Origin: Vicugna vicugna
Taxonomy: Eukaryota
Assembly: GCA_013265495.1 (NCBI GenBank)
Contig: MU057728.1
Coordinates: 35,767-99,766, forward strand
Direction of reading: 5' to 3'
Length of the DNA stretch: 64,000 bases
Program-made: the position numbers and the translations under genes
Notes under the pieces: generated by a model
Told to the model about the DNA's origin: nothing
The model's database searches: none
Seen by the model: the letters and a program-made list of their open reading frames with translations, nothing else
Shown here: one piece after another, positions 37,236-51,208 of the stretch
Layout of the letters: every line of letters begins with the position of its first letter
How positions within the stretch are numbered: the first letter of the stretch is position 1

Positions 37236-39409
37236 GAAAATACATCCCTGTAGAGGAATGCAGTAGAATGGGCACCTTGATGTGGGTGTGTCCATAAGAC
37301 ATTGAAAGTGGGTGAAATGCCGTAATGTATCTTATTGTGTGATGAAGAAAGACTAGTTGTATTAAAGACCTCACGAGCTTACACTGATGTTGGTTGTATT
37401 CTATGTGGGTCAAACAGGAAATTCGAGAGCAGGTATTCAGAAAGATCCAGTCGAACCCCACGGGTCGTGTAAGTAAACAGTCTTGAGAAGACGGTGTGGG
37501 TAGGGTTGCTGGATGGACGTGGCAACGACTCTTACGGTTTTCATCATAATAAATACGTTTGTCAGTGGAGTAAGGCACAGTCGATGTAACCACAGGCTGC
37601 ACACCTCCATTCACACGCCCACCGTGCATTGGTTCCCTGCCGCCGGCGTTGCCTTCCTCTGTGATGCTGAGTCTTCATCCCTGTCTCCTGTAGTACTAAG
37701 TCCAAGCTCCTTGGCGTGGAATTGGAGGCCCTTCCCAGTCTGCCCCAAATGCCCATCTTTCTTCTTCAGCTGCCTCCCGGGTCCCCTTAGGTGGGTGCTG
37801 CCCGAGCCCCCGTGGGCCTGGGTCTGGATGTCTGGCGGCTCTGTCTGTCTGGCTCCGCAGCAGGCGAGATGGGGGATGAGCTCGGGATCCGTTGCGCCTC
37901 AGCCAGGACACGCTTGCCTAGGTGCCGGACCCTCCAGTGCAAACCCACACACTTACTTCTGCCTCCACAGGGCTCGGACTGTTTCTCCCAGCACCAGGCC
38001 TTGGTGTCTCATTGGAGGCACTTGCTTAAGGCATATTGACTGGATAAACGGCCAAGCTGCTCATACGGGATTGGTGAGCTTTTGGTAGTACCCCTTTGGT
38101 GTGAATAGAGTCAGATTATGTTCCCTAGTTAAGACCTTTTTTTTTAATAGGCCCTTTCTCACTTTAGACCCTCGGGAGGGAGCTCTGTGTCAACCTTGGG
38201 TTTTCAGTGGGGGACCTGAGATGCAGGGAGGGGGTGTGGCTGGCTTCCAGATCGCACGGCAGCAGTGCTGACCGATGCCTCGCCTTCTTCCTGGCTGATG
38301 CCCTGCACGCTGGACACACACCCACCCCTCCATGACTGTAGCAGTAAGCTTGTCTGTCTTTCAGAGTCAGACGCCAACCTCTCCTAGCTTCACAAACGGC
38401 CTCTGGCTTCCCAGCCTGGCTTCTTCCACCACTGGTGACGACCCGGTACCAAGAGCCCCACACTGATGGGCTCCACAACCCCGTGAGGATGGCAGGCGCT
38501 CGGACCCTTCTCTCAGCTGTTGAATTTGAACCTCTTAGACACCAAGATCTCACTTCCTCTCCCAGGAATTTTCCTATTAAAACATTTGAAAGGGGTATTC
38601 AACTAGTTGATAGTTATGGGAATCAAAAAAAAAGAGTGGAAACTGAGTTTTATGGACATTTCTTTCTGGTCTTCTTGAAAGATCAATTTAATTTCCATGT
38701 TTCTGGCCCGTTGTTATTCCAAATCAGAAGAACGAACATTCTTTTTCTTTCATACTTCATAATTAAAGAAAAGCCCTTAGCAGACTCTGCGTATAAACTA
38801 TTTTGGTTTGAATATGGATTAATCACTTTCACTTTGTTAAAAACAAAATAACAGAGCCAAGGAGTTCATTTCCTTTATGAGAAGAGTTTGAGTCTTCTGC
38901 ATGGCATCCTTCCGCAAACTTCCCACATTCTCTACGTTGGAGGTCTTACCTTGTCTGCATCTCAGGGACCTAGCTCTTGTCACCAACTGGGATTTGGGGA
39001 CAGAAGGGCCAAAAGGCATCTTGAAGTGAGAATGTCTAAGAATCCGAACAGAAGTATTGCTTGGGGCTCCCAGTTGCCCCTGAGGAAGAGAGACTGGTGA
39101 GGCTGAGCCTGCACATTGAGAAAGTGTTTGAACTTTAAGCTCCCCTCGTTGTGTCCCCAACATGTTCTATCTTCGCCTCCCTGGGTGACAGTAATAAGAC
39201 CCCATGCCGTGCCACGGACAAAACAACTACCTGTGGACCCTCCTCCCGGGAAGAAACTGGTGGGTAACGCAGATACAGAAAGGCAGCCTTCGGGGAGAAA
39301 AGAGCCAGCCCGTCTAGCTGTGTTCCCAGATGGATGGCCGAGAGCTTCTATGGCCGGAGCCCGCTGGGACTCTTACACTTGCGGCTTCTTAGTAGGCCGT
39401 GTGGTCTTG

Positions 39410-39630
39410 CGGGCTGAGAGGTGGGGCTTCTGTGCCGGAAGGTCTAAGCTCGAGCCCCACTTCTGCCATGTGCTAGCTGTGTGACGTTGGGCTGGTGTCT
39501 CAGCCACTCTGTGGCTCAGGTTCTCCTTCTGTCTGTTGAGTGTGACGATAATACCCCCTCCTGTGATTGCTGTGAGTTCAGGTGCCGGGGACAGCACTTG
39601 GCTCATAGCGAGTCCTCAGTTGTTGTTAGC
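39410..39630 (+). mobile_element. MIR SINE
   Basis: ttctgccatgtgctagctgtgtgacgttgggc...cagcacttggctcatagcgagtcctca. Confidence 0.7.
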
Positions 39631-42600
39631 AGTGAACCTTCTGGGTGGATTCGACTTAAGCCGCCACTTAGGACGGCTCTAAGAATCTCCTCTGTGGTTG
39701 TTGCCCCCTTCTAGAAAGGAAGGTGTGTCTAAAACCACTTCACTGTTTAGAGAGGACACAGAGACAGGGCGTTGACACAGAGCAAGCCCAGCCCCGCTAG
39801 CCTGACCCTCTGAGACTTTGGAAAAGTGCCGTGTGATGAAAATATGGAATTAGGAACCTAAATCTCTTACCGCTTCCTCCAGTGCGTTTGCCACTCATCT
39901 GAGCTGCCACTGATTTGGAGCACACTTGCAAGAGAAATGTGCTTTGTGCATCACTTTGTGGGGGCTAGACCCACAGTTTGGGGTTTCCTGAGGCTTCTGG
40001 GATGCTCTGTTTCAAAATGTTCCTGCCATGTGTGGCGGCCACAGTGCTTCCCACGAGAGCCCCGCCATGGTCCCCAGCTCAGCCCCCGCCCCCATAGACC
40101 TCAGTTCCTCCAAGCTCTTGGAACTTTCCGTGTGGAGAGAGTCGCCACAAACCACTAAGGCTGGAGGGCTCGGAACCCAGCTCTTTTCCACCCTCGTCAG
40201 CTGCCCGAGGAGTCTGCTCTCTCTGGGGACACAGATCGCATTTTGATGGAACCCAGATTGACTGAACACTGATACCCTTGGACAGAGCGATTCTTTTTAG
40301 TATTTCTCAGGCACGTGGAGGGCAGTCTCTGGAACCAGCACATTAAGCTCCCGACATGGTCCAAGGCTTGCTCTAAGCCTGTTTTGATCACTTTTCTAAT
40401 ATAGTGATATCTCTTCACACTCTCACTAATTAGACTTTGTAATCCCTCTCTTCTGCTCTGTTTGACCTTTATCTTAAATTAATTTTTTTAGATGAGGTGG
40501 AAGAACAAAGCCCCCCAGACAAGCTTGCAAAGACAAAATGTATTAAAATGAATGATAGTTTCTACGTCTGGCTCTGTCATGCCTCACGGAGGCCAAAGGA
40601 CATCACTTAGACATGACCCTGGGTCTAAGGATGTGCCCACCTGCTTGTCTGGGCAGAGGGAGGACCCCCTCACCATCACGCCCTTCAGCCAGCAGCCAGC
40701 TCTGGAGGTCTGGGAGGCAACGTGGCCATCACATGGTGGCTGATTCCCCTTGTGTTGTTTTCTCTACACCCTAGAAAGAGGCTAAAACTGCAAACATATG
40801 TCTCCGAAGTCATGTCTGGGCCATATTTCCCTCCAGAATTCCTAAGACACTCTGAGTTCTGGCCTGAGATCTGAATGGATGCTGGAGTCCAACTGAGTGA
40901 TGGGATCTGAGAAGTTGCCTTATGTGGCATAGTGGTTCCTCCCATTTCAGCATCCCTGCGGAGGGGCCAGAGGACCTGGATAGGCCTTTGTGGGGCAGTG
41001 GGGTTGTGTCTGAGCAGACAGGCAACCCTGAGCGAAGGGAGGGGACCAGGGTGGAACCGGAGCTGTCTGCCCTGCACAGTGCCAAGGTCTGTGTCTTTTA
41101 GCCCCAAGGGGAGCACCTTGCTGTGTGACCCGTCACTTCCTGGGTGTCTGTGCCCTCACCCCAGCTTTCTAGCTCTCCAGCTTCTCATCAGCCCCCTCCT
41201 GGTGGCCTGCGAGCCTTGGTTATTTGCTGTTTTTTCAAGCCAGCGGCACACCCTTGGACTGTCTGCCAAGAAGGACCATTGTTCATGAGAATTCCTGGCC
41301 GGTTCCAGCTAACCCAGAGATGCACTGTTCTGGGGTTGGGCCCTGAATTATTCCTTGTCTTTCTCTAACCCCCCTCTTCCTGACTTATTCTTGCCTTCTC
41401 ACAATCCGGCCGTCCCATCAAGTCTCCTTCTGTTGTCCGGAAAGCTTTGAGAGGCAAGCAGGGGTGTGGAGGTGAAGCCCCTCAGGGAAACCTTAAGTGG
41501 CCGCTTGACCTCCACTCCAAAGAGGCTCTGCATGCTGGCCTCAAAGGAGGCAGGGAGGTCCTAGCTTGGGCAGGAAAAGATGTCAGGTAGTTTTGGAGAG
41601 GAGGGTAGGGTGCAGAGTGCCCTGGAGTGAGCAAAGGCGGGGGTGGGGTGGGAATAAGAGGGAGATTAAGGAGTGAAAACCAATATCTCCCCCTGCAGAA
41701 TTGAGCTGATTAACCTGTAGAAATGGAGGCCCTGCCAAGCCCAACTTCCTTGTTTCCAGAAACCTTGGCACAGAGGCCCCCGTTTCTGGCAGAAGCCCGT
41801 CCTCAACGGGGGAACCAGCGAAGCAGCTGCTGTGATTTTCTTTTTCCTCTCATTTCTGGCAATCCCGAGTGGGACTGTTTACTTTTTTCTTCCCCTTTCC
41901 TTCCCCACCCTCCTGTAGCAGGGAGTTGGTTCTGGTTAATGTTGAAGATCATAACATGATTACCCCAAAGTCTCATGAAATTAAATCACTTTTCTTCAAA
42001 GAGAAAGGGGTGGGGGGACCGTCTGGCTGGTCGGCCAGCGAGGGACGAGCGGATATTGAAAGCAGGCTGGCAGAGGCGGCTGGGCTAGGAGGAGGCGGCC
42101 GTGCACAGGGCCCCGGTTTTGCAAACAGGGGCCCGGAGGAGCTGGGTCTCCCACCTGGGCCCCCCCCACCTGCCTCCTGAGAGTGGGGAACAGGAATGGG
42201 AGAGGCTGAAGGTATGTGCAGAGTGGTTCGGAGAGCTGAACCTGAAAATGAGTCATCTGGGGAGAAATTGAACTCTTAGAGCAAGTCCCGGTGAGAGTTC
42301 TCCATCACCTCCTGCCCTGGGAGTTCATCTGATCAGGGCACAGATTTCAGGGCAGCTTTCCCACCGGCACAGCCCGGGATGGAAATCTGTCTTCTCAAGG
42401 AAGGCGCTGCCGTCGGGGTGAGGTTGAGGGCATGTGCGTGTCTTTCCTTGGGTTAGATCTTTCAGACTCATTACGTCTTAGAGGTGGTGAAGATGCCTGA
42501 GTTGATGTAGCGTCTGACCTCACGCTCAGTGCAGGAATCTCCTTTGTACTGAACCCTGACAAAGAAAGTTCAGCTTTTGCTTCATCCCCTCCAGTTCCTG

Positions 42601-43934
42601 GAGAGAGATTCTGGGAATTGCACCTGTGCCTTCTGGGCACAGGGGGAGCAGTGGCCCAGCGTGGTCAGGGACTGGCACAGAGCAAGTGCTTGGAGAGGAG
42701 GTGCTTGCCGTGGACGTGGCTATGGCGTTCTCTTCTGCACGCCAGCCTGCCGGGTGCTCAGTGTCCCTTGGTGTAGTGGTTTCGGCTCCCCACCACTACC
42801 TCCCCCCGGATATTTTCCCGAGCTAGTTTCCCATCATTTTTTCAATGGTCCTGCACAGAAAACAGGAAGGAGGGAAGCTTTGGAAACAGGACCTGGAAGA
42901 CGCCTGATTCTTGTTGCCAGTGTCTCAGTGCCCTGAGCTCTTTGGGGACAGTGACTGGCCCGTGAGTCTTGAGAATCGGTGGAGTGAAGACTTCAGAAGA
43001 TTGTTCTGCTGGCACCGAAAACCACAGGGCACCAGCTAGACACCAGGGGGAGCATCAGCGAGAAGGCTGTGGTGCCAGCCGCTCGCGCGCGGCATTGAAA
43101 TAGAACCAGTGCAGGCGGGAGACAGGCTGGCGAGGGTGGCATGTGTAAGTTCGGCAACTGCGTTCTTCGGAGGGAGTAGGGATGGGACGGGGCCAGCTCG
43201 CTCCGCTTGGAGCTCGGGGCTGTGACTCATTCTCATCAAGGGTCACCGAGCGTCTCTGTGTGCGCGGCCTTGGGCTGAACCTCTTACCTGGCCGGCCTTC
43301 TCGAAAATGTGTGTCATTCCTTACGAGGCCGACTGGGGAGCGGGCAAGCGGGTGTGCACATCAGTGGAAATTCCTCTCCACCGTTGGAAAAACAACTCCA
43401 AGTTCATGACTCGTTGGCCTCAGAGGTGTGAGTCTAAAGGAAGGGGCTGACTTTTTTGTTTTTCACCCAGCAGACCCGAGCTGACAGGTCCGGATGAGTG
43501 TCCTGTCCACTGGGTCGCCCCCCCCTCCCCCGGGAGGAGACACACTTCTTCCACTGGCCTGGGGAGCCGTTTAACAGCCCCACGGGGCCAAGCCAGTTTC
43601 GTTGCTTTATAGCCACAGTCAGTTTTTCTCCAACAACAACATCACCCAGGCTTGATCCCTGAGCCTGTTCACCAGATTTGACACCCAAAGGTTGAGGCTG
43701 GATGTGAAACTGCTGTCCAGGTCCAGGGGTGGAAGCTGCCACCACCTGGGATAGTCAAAAGCCTCGAGGGCAGGTCCTTAAGACAAGTGTTGGAAGAAAT
43801 GAGCAGTCCTCACCCTGCCCTCCCCGACACCTGAGGGTCTTTCTCAAAGGAATGCTCTGGCTTCTTAAAAAGGCCTCACCATGTTGTGGTTAGGCCTAGT
43901 TGGTTTGCGTACCAAGAGTCCCTTTGAGGGGCCA

Positions 43935-44110
43935 TGTAGGGCAGTGATTAAGGATGTGGACTCTGGAGCTGGACTGCCTGAGTTCATATCTCAGCCCCAT
44001 CACTTAATGATGGTCATGACCTTGGGCAAGTTACCAAGTCTCTCGTGTCTCCGTTTTTCCATCTACAAAATGAGGCTCTGGAAGAACCCTATCTGGCTGG
44101 CATTAAGATG
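43935..44110 (+). mobile_element. MIR SINE
   Basis: ggactctggagctggactgcctgagttc...tgaccttgggcaagttac...tccatctacaaaatg. Confidence 0.8.
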
Positions 44111-45539
44111 AGTTCCCCTTGGTAGGTGCTTCCCTTGGCTGTCTTGGGAGGAGATCTTGAAGATTTCAGGGGCTTCATTGGGCCCTGTGGTCACCAGGAG
44201 GTGTGGCCCTGAGCCAGGCCCGGTCCCCACTGCAGGCAGGAGGCAGGACAGAAGTCAAGGTGAGTCAGCTCTCTTTTAGCTGACAAATTCAACATGGAAC
44301 CTGAGAAAGCAGAGTTGCTTGGGTTGAAGTTGGGGAGGCCCCCTGGGCTGGGTCACCCCTTGACCCCAGAGTAGCCATTGAGATGAGGCCAGCAAATCTG
44401 GGGGCTCCTGGAGGTATTTTAGAAACTGCTGGTCAAAGAGAACAAGTGATTCCCAGGGTCACTCAGCTGGCTTCACTCACGGGAGCTGATGGGAGAGGCT
44501 AACCCCACGGAAGACCCAGACCCCCTGTGTGCTGTAATCCTTGCAACGGCCACCACCTCCGTGAACAAGAGGGGGGTCCCCATATCCAAGTGGTGTGGAA
44601 TCAGCCCGGTGAGTGGCCTGCAGTCCCCTGTCCACCCCACAGGCACTGGCCACAGCTGGGAATTACTTCCAGACAGAGCGATGGGAAAACTTGGAAGCGT
44701 CCCCTTTGCTTTACACTCATTCACACTTTCTCATTCTTGAGCACTTCTCACAACTAGAGTCCCCAGTGAGTGCACAGCACCTTGCGTTTTGTGCTGTTAT
44801 AGTGATTTTAGGTATGTTGACAATCAGTTAATTTCACCTGCTGTGTGACTTCATCAACCACCTGCCTCCATCCAGGGTGGGGCTTCCCAAAGCTAAGGCT
44901 CAGGTGTCCTGGCTTCACGCTGTCAGATGTGCTTTCTTGCTCGTGGGGCTGCCCTGTCCTTGTTCTAGAAAATCCAGTGTGAATCCATCATCACTTTCCT
45001 GAAAGATGGTGGTTTAGAGTACCGAACTCTGAGTTTTGTGTCATGAGTAAGGGCGGGATCTCAGCGTTCTGTTCACATTGCATGGAAGTCGGGGAGGGCG
45101 AGGCATTTTTGAAGCTTGGCCACAGTGCTGCTTCTCCCCCTCTTTCCTGGTAATGCACCCTGCTCTGTTTGGCAGCAGGTAATGGTCAGATAGTTGGGTG
45201 AACGTAGGACTGGCTGCGTTATCATTTTCTTTCCTGTTTTGGGCATCTTGGAATTAACAAAGAAAGAGACAGAGGAAAGAACTGATAACAGCTGGAGATA
45301 AAATGTCTCCAAAATGTAGGCAACCAGCCCCAACTCTCCAGTTGGAAATGGAAAAGTTGAAAAAAAAAAAAAAGAAAGAAAGAAAAAGAAAAGAACAGAA
45401 GTGGAAGAAATGATGTAGATTTTGGCCAGGAAGAGAGACAAGGTTTGGGCTACATGTTGTTTGAGGAGCAGGCCCAGGAGAACAGGAGTTCAGATGCATT
45501 AGAGGTGACAGGGAGGGCATCCAGAGGCAACAGAATATT

Positions 45540-45760
45540 GGGGGTGGAGTCCTGGGCTGGGAGTCAAAAGACTTGGTTTCTGATTCAGGCCATACCATCA
45601 GCTCAGTTTAGCACTTTGAGCAAGTCATTTCATCTTTCTCAGGCTCAGTGTCCTCACCTGTAGGATGGAGATGATAATCCCTAGCTCCCGCAGGAGGGAG
45701 AAGACGGAATGAGCTAATACAAAGATCACGTACATGTTTTTAAAGTACTCTGTGAGTAGT
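45540..45760 (+). mobile_element. MIR SINE
   Basis: ctttgagcaagtcattt...ctcagtgtcctcacctgtaggatggagatgataa. Confidence 0.75.
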
Positions 45761-45766
45761 GGTAGC

Positions 45767-45818
45767 AATAATAATAATAATAATAATAATGTGAATGATG
45801 ATGATGATGATGATGATG
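45767..45818 (+). repeat. Compound microsatellite (AAT)8-GTGA-(ATG)8
   Basis: Read directly from the sequence; lies at a MIR tail. Confidence 0.95.
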
Positions 45819-46899
45819 AAGACAGTGCATCTGGTGGAAACTCAGTGGAGAAAGGTTGGGAAGATGAGCTTTAACTGCTAGGAAATATCCAGGAAGATTG
45901 GGGAGAGGGTAGAGAGGCTGTTGGAGGAAATTTAAAGCAGAAAACATGATGTATGAACTACCCATTCCTCTGACCTTAGACGAGGCCTCTCAAACCTCTG
46001 CCAAACGGGAGAGCGGGTGTGGTGGGCTGCAGCCCAGTCATGGTCTGTTGGTCATCGGTATTTGTGGAGGCCTCCAGGGCCCTGGGCTCCATGTTGGGAG
46101 TGTGAAGTTCATTCCAACGGAGACGTTTTCCGTAACAGGTTTTATTATCATTACTCAGCGCTGCGTTCCCATTCCCAGATGGTGGTTAGGCTCTCCTTGT
46201 CAACACCCAGGATTCTGTTTGTTCTTTTGCCCTTCCCTCCCTCCCTCCTTTCCTGTTTTCCTGTCAACCCTTTCTTGGGGGTACGTAGAAACTGACTCAG
46301 GAGGTCTGGGGTACATCCGGGTGGAAAGAAATTGCACATCTAGGGGCGCTCCCAGTGGCTCCTGTGGTCCTCACGGCTCCCCGGCATCTCTGCTGCACAC
46401 GGCAACCTCCGGCCCTGGGAGAAAGCAGGGCCTGAAATGGCAAAGCAGCAGCAGCTCCGTGGTACCAGCTCCCAGGCTGCTTTGTGCAGCCCGGCAGTGA
46501 GGTCCTGACGGAAGGGCCTCCCCTGCAGACCCCAGCCCCTTGCTGGCAGGGCGGAACCCTCCTGGGGGATGGTGAGGTCATCGTCTTGGGGCATCAGGGG
46601 ACCGGGGGTGAGCTGTGGTGGCGATGCTGTCATCTCCCCCACTGCCTGCTACCTCCTCACTGTCTGAGATGCATCTTCCTGAGCTTTGGGCTTGGTCAGA
46701 GGCCTCTGAAGAGTGTCCTGCACGGTGAGACGAGCTGGGGAGTGTATCTTCTCCCTGCTGTGCTGATGGCTCTGGGGGTAAAAGTGGTGTTCCCCTCCCC
46801 CAAGCCCTTCTAGCTGCTGCCAGCAGGTGAAGGAGTGATCCCGCAGGCTGCCCAGGGCTCCCACGGTGTCTCTAGCACAGCACTGAAACTTTTCAGCTG

Positions 46900-47520
46900 A
46901 GGTAACCAGTGACCTTGATAACTAAATCTGGTGACCCTGCTCTCTCCCACCCCTTTGAAACTCTCCATCCTCGGCTTTACCTCTATGGTCTCTTCCCGCA
47001 CCCCTGCTCTGGCCGGTCTCCCTCCCTCCTAGGTGGCCCTCCTTCTCCAGCCCCCCAAACATGGGTTCATGCTCACTTAGCTCTGCATATTGCTTATCTC
47101 AGAGACTCCATTTATCCTTAGATTTGAGATAGAAATGGTTCCAAAGTATCCATCCATGTCCTGGTCTCTCTTGAAACATAAGATATTGCTGTCTGTAACT
47201 TCAAACAATTGAAATCTCATCCGTAAGCCAAATGTACTTCCTCTGTGGTCTTCTCTGTACATGCCAGCGAGGGTCACCCAGGAGCCCCGTCTTGGTCTTT
47301 GACCCCACGTGCAATCCTCCTATCTCGTTGATCCTCTCCCTGTAATGACCTATTTGTCCCTGTTCTTTTCCCCTCACGTTGCCAACACCCAAGCTCTGTT
47401 CACCTGGAGATGTGACTCACCCCTGTTCCCCCTCTAGTCTCTTTCGCTGCCCCACTCCCCACCAAATCCCACCTGCCCCATGGCCACACTCGCTGTTATA
47501 AAGCACCTCCTTCCATCGTG
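46900..47520 (+). mobile_element. Degenerate LINE-2 fragment
   Basis: accagtgaccttgataactaaatc...cctttgaaactctcc; pyrimidine-rich L2-like body. Confidence 0.55.
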
Positions 47521-48689
47521 ACACATCATTGAGGGAGAGACCGCCTGGCACGGAGTTCTGGGCTCAGCCTGCCTTTCTCGAAGTTTTTACTCCTTTGAGA
47601 AGATTGATGACCGGCTGGTAAAATTATGAGGGGCAGGAACCTGGGGTGTGTAGGTGGAGTAGCCAGAGGGGAAGTCCTTTAATGTCCCAGGGTGGAAGGC
47701 AGTCGTTGGCTCGATAATCAAGTCAGATAAACATTTACATATTTGATTTTAACTTAAGACATGTAAATGTGCATCCATTTGCCAAGCTTTTGATGCAAGG
47801 GCCAAGACGTTTTCTTTGAGTGTGAGTCTGCTGCTTGGGTTCTGTGTTCTTTCTCGCATAAACCTTGCCCGCAATACATCATCTCCAGTTTCAATAAAGT
47901 GAAGCTGATTCCTCAGAGAAGCTTGTGAAGTTATCTGAGTTCAGAATCTCCTGCTTTTTAATAACTTCTCCCCAGTCTTTTCCAGATAGCTCCTCCACAG
48001 CTCAGTTGACAGCATCTCTTTTGTAACTTTAGCGGCTTCCTTTTGTTGAGTCTTTCCAGTTTGGTTTTCATGGAAACAACAGCCCTTCTCCCACCGTCTT
48101 CAGTGGGTGGGGAAGCTGCCCACCTGGCCGGGGAGAGCAGCAGCGCTCAGCCGACCGGGCAGCCGAGAGCCGGGCAGCGCGCACCTTGCTGTGGACACTG
48201 GCTGGACGGTTGTGCAGAGAGAGGGCCCAGTGTAAGCTGTGCGGCCAGTGCAGTGAGTAGAGATGGGTCATGAGAGGTTCTGCATTTTCAGTTTGGATGA
48301 CAGAATCAGTGGAGACAACTCTATAAAATGAAAAATCCGGGGGATAAAGCTGAAGCCTTTGCCATTGGCCCAGAAAATGAATGGCACCATCACATTGTGG
48401 TGGATACTTACATTACCAGGGAGCCTTAAGGATTTTAGCTGAAGGGAAGATTTATCTGAGTCTTTCATGGGATGTGGCTGCCCAAGGACGCTGATGTTAT
48501 CTTCGATCACTCGTCACCTCCCCAGTACCTCTTCCTCCCTCCTTCTCTCTGTACAGCCAGGTAGTCCTGGGGAGATTGTCTATGATTTGTCTAATTCATT
48601 CTGGATACCCCATCCTTCTTGCTGCATGAACCATCAACACACAGCACGTCCCTGCCTACAGGAATTGGTTCAGCAATGTACGAGGGACC

Positions 48690-49046
48690 CGGTTTGGTCT
48701 AATGAGGCATGAGAGGACGTTGGCTGGAGGCATTTATACAATGAGATACTTCTTATTCTCTTATCCTCTTCTGGAGATGATTCTGGAAGCCAGCCCTCTC
48801 TCTTACCTTGGATGGTGTGGTGTGTGGATGTGAAGCCTGGAATGGCTGCATCCTTTTTGCCACCACGAGGGAAATCCACCCAATCCAAGGGTGGTACTGA
48901 TACCATAAAGGCCAGATAGAGGAAAACAGTCCTTGATGACATCTCTGAATGAAACCAGCTCTACCTTCCAAAGCCATCACATTCTCTTAAGCAGTTTTGA
49001 GCTGAGTTTTCCATTATTTGGCACATGGAGGCTCTCAGTTGCCACA
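48690..49046 (+). mobile_element. MaLR LTR (MLT1J/K-like)
   Basis: ggatgtgaagcctggaatggctgcatcc...gtccttgatgacatc...ttaagcagttttgagctgagttttcc...gccaca. Confidence 0.7.
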
Positions 49047-49799
49047 GAAGTGTGAGCCGTTGCTTCTTCCAGGAGTGACGCGTATGTGTGGAAAACTGCA
49101 TTTGCTTCTAGGCCCTGGTCTTTTAGAGGCACGCTGAGAAACTGCAGAGTGGCTGATAAAGAGCTTCTAGGCTGGAGAAGGGATATGGAATCCAGGTTCA
49201 AAAAGCGTCTACAATGGGGATGATGACCTACTTTTATGTACAGATTCATAACAGCACTTCTTTAAATGGAAAGCTTACCACATACATATTTTGCAGGGAT
49301 AAGGGTTTGTAGCAAGGCGGGAGTGTTGGCTTTTCAGGAGCACGTGTATTGCATGAGATAAGAGGTACTTGTAGCCTCCATGAACCCGCTGGGAATAGCA
49401 AGAGAGAGTTTCCACAAGGACACAGAATGGTTTGAATGACAAGAAGCTGCTTTGTCTAGTCATTCTGTGGGAGGGAGACCAAATCCCAAACTGTTATCAT
49501 TCCAGGGTAGAAGCAGCCACCAGGGTGTTGCTTTCACAAGATACTGTCACAGGCTGGCCTTTGAGGGAACGTGGAGTAACTTGTTCCGGAGGTTTCCGTC
49601 TGGGGAGCTGCACCCCGTGACCACCAGCTCCTCTGTCCGGCTGTGCCGTGGAGTGTTGGTGGAAGGAGACCTCAGGACATTGTACTTCGCAGCTGTGATG
49701 CTTCCTTCCGTGCTTAGAGCCGTGTGGCTCCCTTGCTCTGGGCGTAGCTGAGACATGGGAGAGGAGTGAGCAGGGACCTCCGGGCAGGGACCTCCTGGT

Positions 49800-50230
49800 T
49801 AACTGTAGGCTCAGTTTCTATAGCACAGAGACCTCAACACACACTGACTCAAGCAGAGAGGGGGTTTGTATCTCTTTTGCTGAATTGCTTGGAGGTAGAG
49901 GGTAAGCTGGGCCAAGCAGGCAGCTCTGCTCTAAGACATCACCCAGGATGGGACCCAGCTTTCTGCCCCATTGCTCCACCTGCCTCTGGGATGTGGCCCT
50001 CACCTTCATGGTAGAAGCTGGTCCTCCAGCACACTGTCTTGGGGTGTCTTAGACTCAAGTCCCCCAGAAGAGTGAGGAGAGAGCAGTTCCTTAAGGAAGG
50101 GATGTGAAAGCTGCATGTACCATTGCCACTCATCTCCCATCTCTTCAGACTTTGTCATATGGCCACACCTAGCTGCAAGGTATCCTGAGAAGTAGGGTCT
50201 CTAGCTGGGTGGCCATGTGCCCCCTTGACT
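49800..50230 (-). mobile_element. MaLR LTR (MLT1J/K-like)
   Basis: gtcatatggccacacctagctgcaagg...tctagctgggtggccatgtgccc. Confidence 0.75.
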
Positions 50231-51208
50231 AAAAGGAAGGAGCAGGATGGGTACTGGGGCAGTTGGCTTCTCTCTGCAGAGCCCCACTTCCTACATTTAT
50301 AGGATCACTCACAGTCCCTCTGGCCCTTGTCTCAACACCTCTGAGCCTCAGTACCTTCATCTGTGAAATGGAAAGAAGAAAAATGCCAATCTCAGTGATG
50401 CACGGGAAAGGGCTGTGCTTGGTGCCCACACGTAGTTGGGTTCTCAGAACGGAGCTGCCATTCGGCTGTTTCCACTCAGCCAATCAACAAATAGGTCAGG
50501 AGTGCCTACTCTGTTCAAGGTGCTGGAGACTCAGCAGTGGACACCCTAGACCAAAGCCCAGTCCTCGGGGAGCTCACATCCTGGTGGGCACAGCAGTGCC
50601 CAGTCAGGAAGAATTGTCAGCTCTTTAAACCAGTCTCCTTCCCGGCTCTCACGGCTGACTAAGGGGAGGGATCCGAGTTAGGGTTCCCTGTAGGAGTTTT
50701 CCAGGTGGTTTTTTGCATTTCGTAATAGAACCTAAGTCAGAGGCATTTCTGCTGATAATTTATTAAAGCCATTTGATAAAAACTAGGAGTACCCCATTTG
50801 TATTCATTTTAAAAGATCATTGTTTTCCTTATTTTTTTAATGAGACTTATTTTTGTGTTTTAATGGTAGCAAGTGAAAGTAGGTGTCAGGAGAGGAGTTG
50901 CATGGTATCTTCATAAATACAAGTAAACAAACATTAAAATCATTCAGTTAGTATTTCTCAAGCATCTGTCTCAAACTAGTCTCTGTGCTAAGTGATAGGA
51001 ATACGGCGGGGACCACCACATGGATCCTGTCCTCAAGGGATTCACACTCTGAGGAGCATTCACACCAGCAATTGCAGGAGGGGGTCATGGGTGTCACAGG
51101 AGGGGCTAGAACAGGCTCTGTGGAAGTAGGAAGAGGAGGCACCTGGGCCAGTCATGGGGCAGGTTCTGGGAAGGCTTCCTGGTGGAAGTGAAAGCCTCAT
51201 GAAGCAAA

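Noticed and set aside
45726..45965. ORF with poly-His/poly-Tyr
   Set aside because: Reverse translation of the compound microsatellite
47731..47770. 10-bp inverted repeat ACATTTACAT/ATGTAAATGT
   Set aside because: Short and AT-rich; compatible with chance or an old transposon remnant; no miRNA-like long stem
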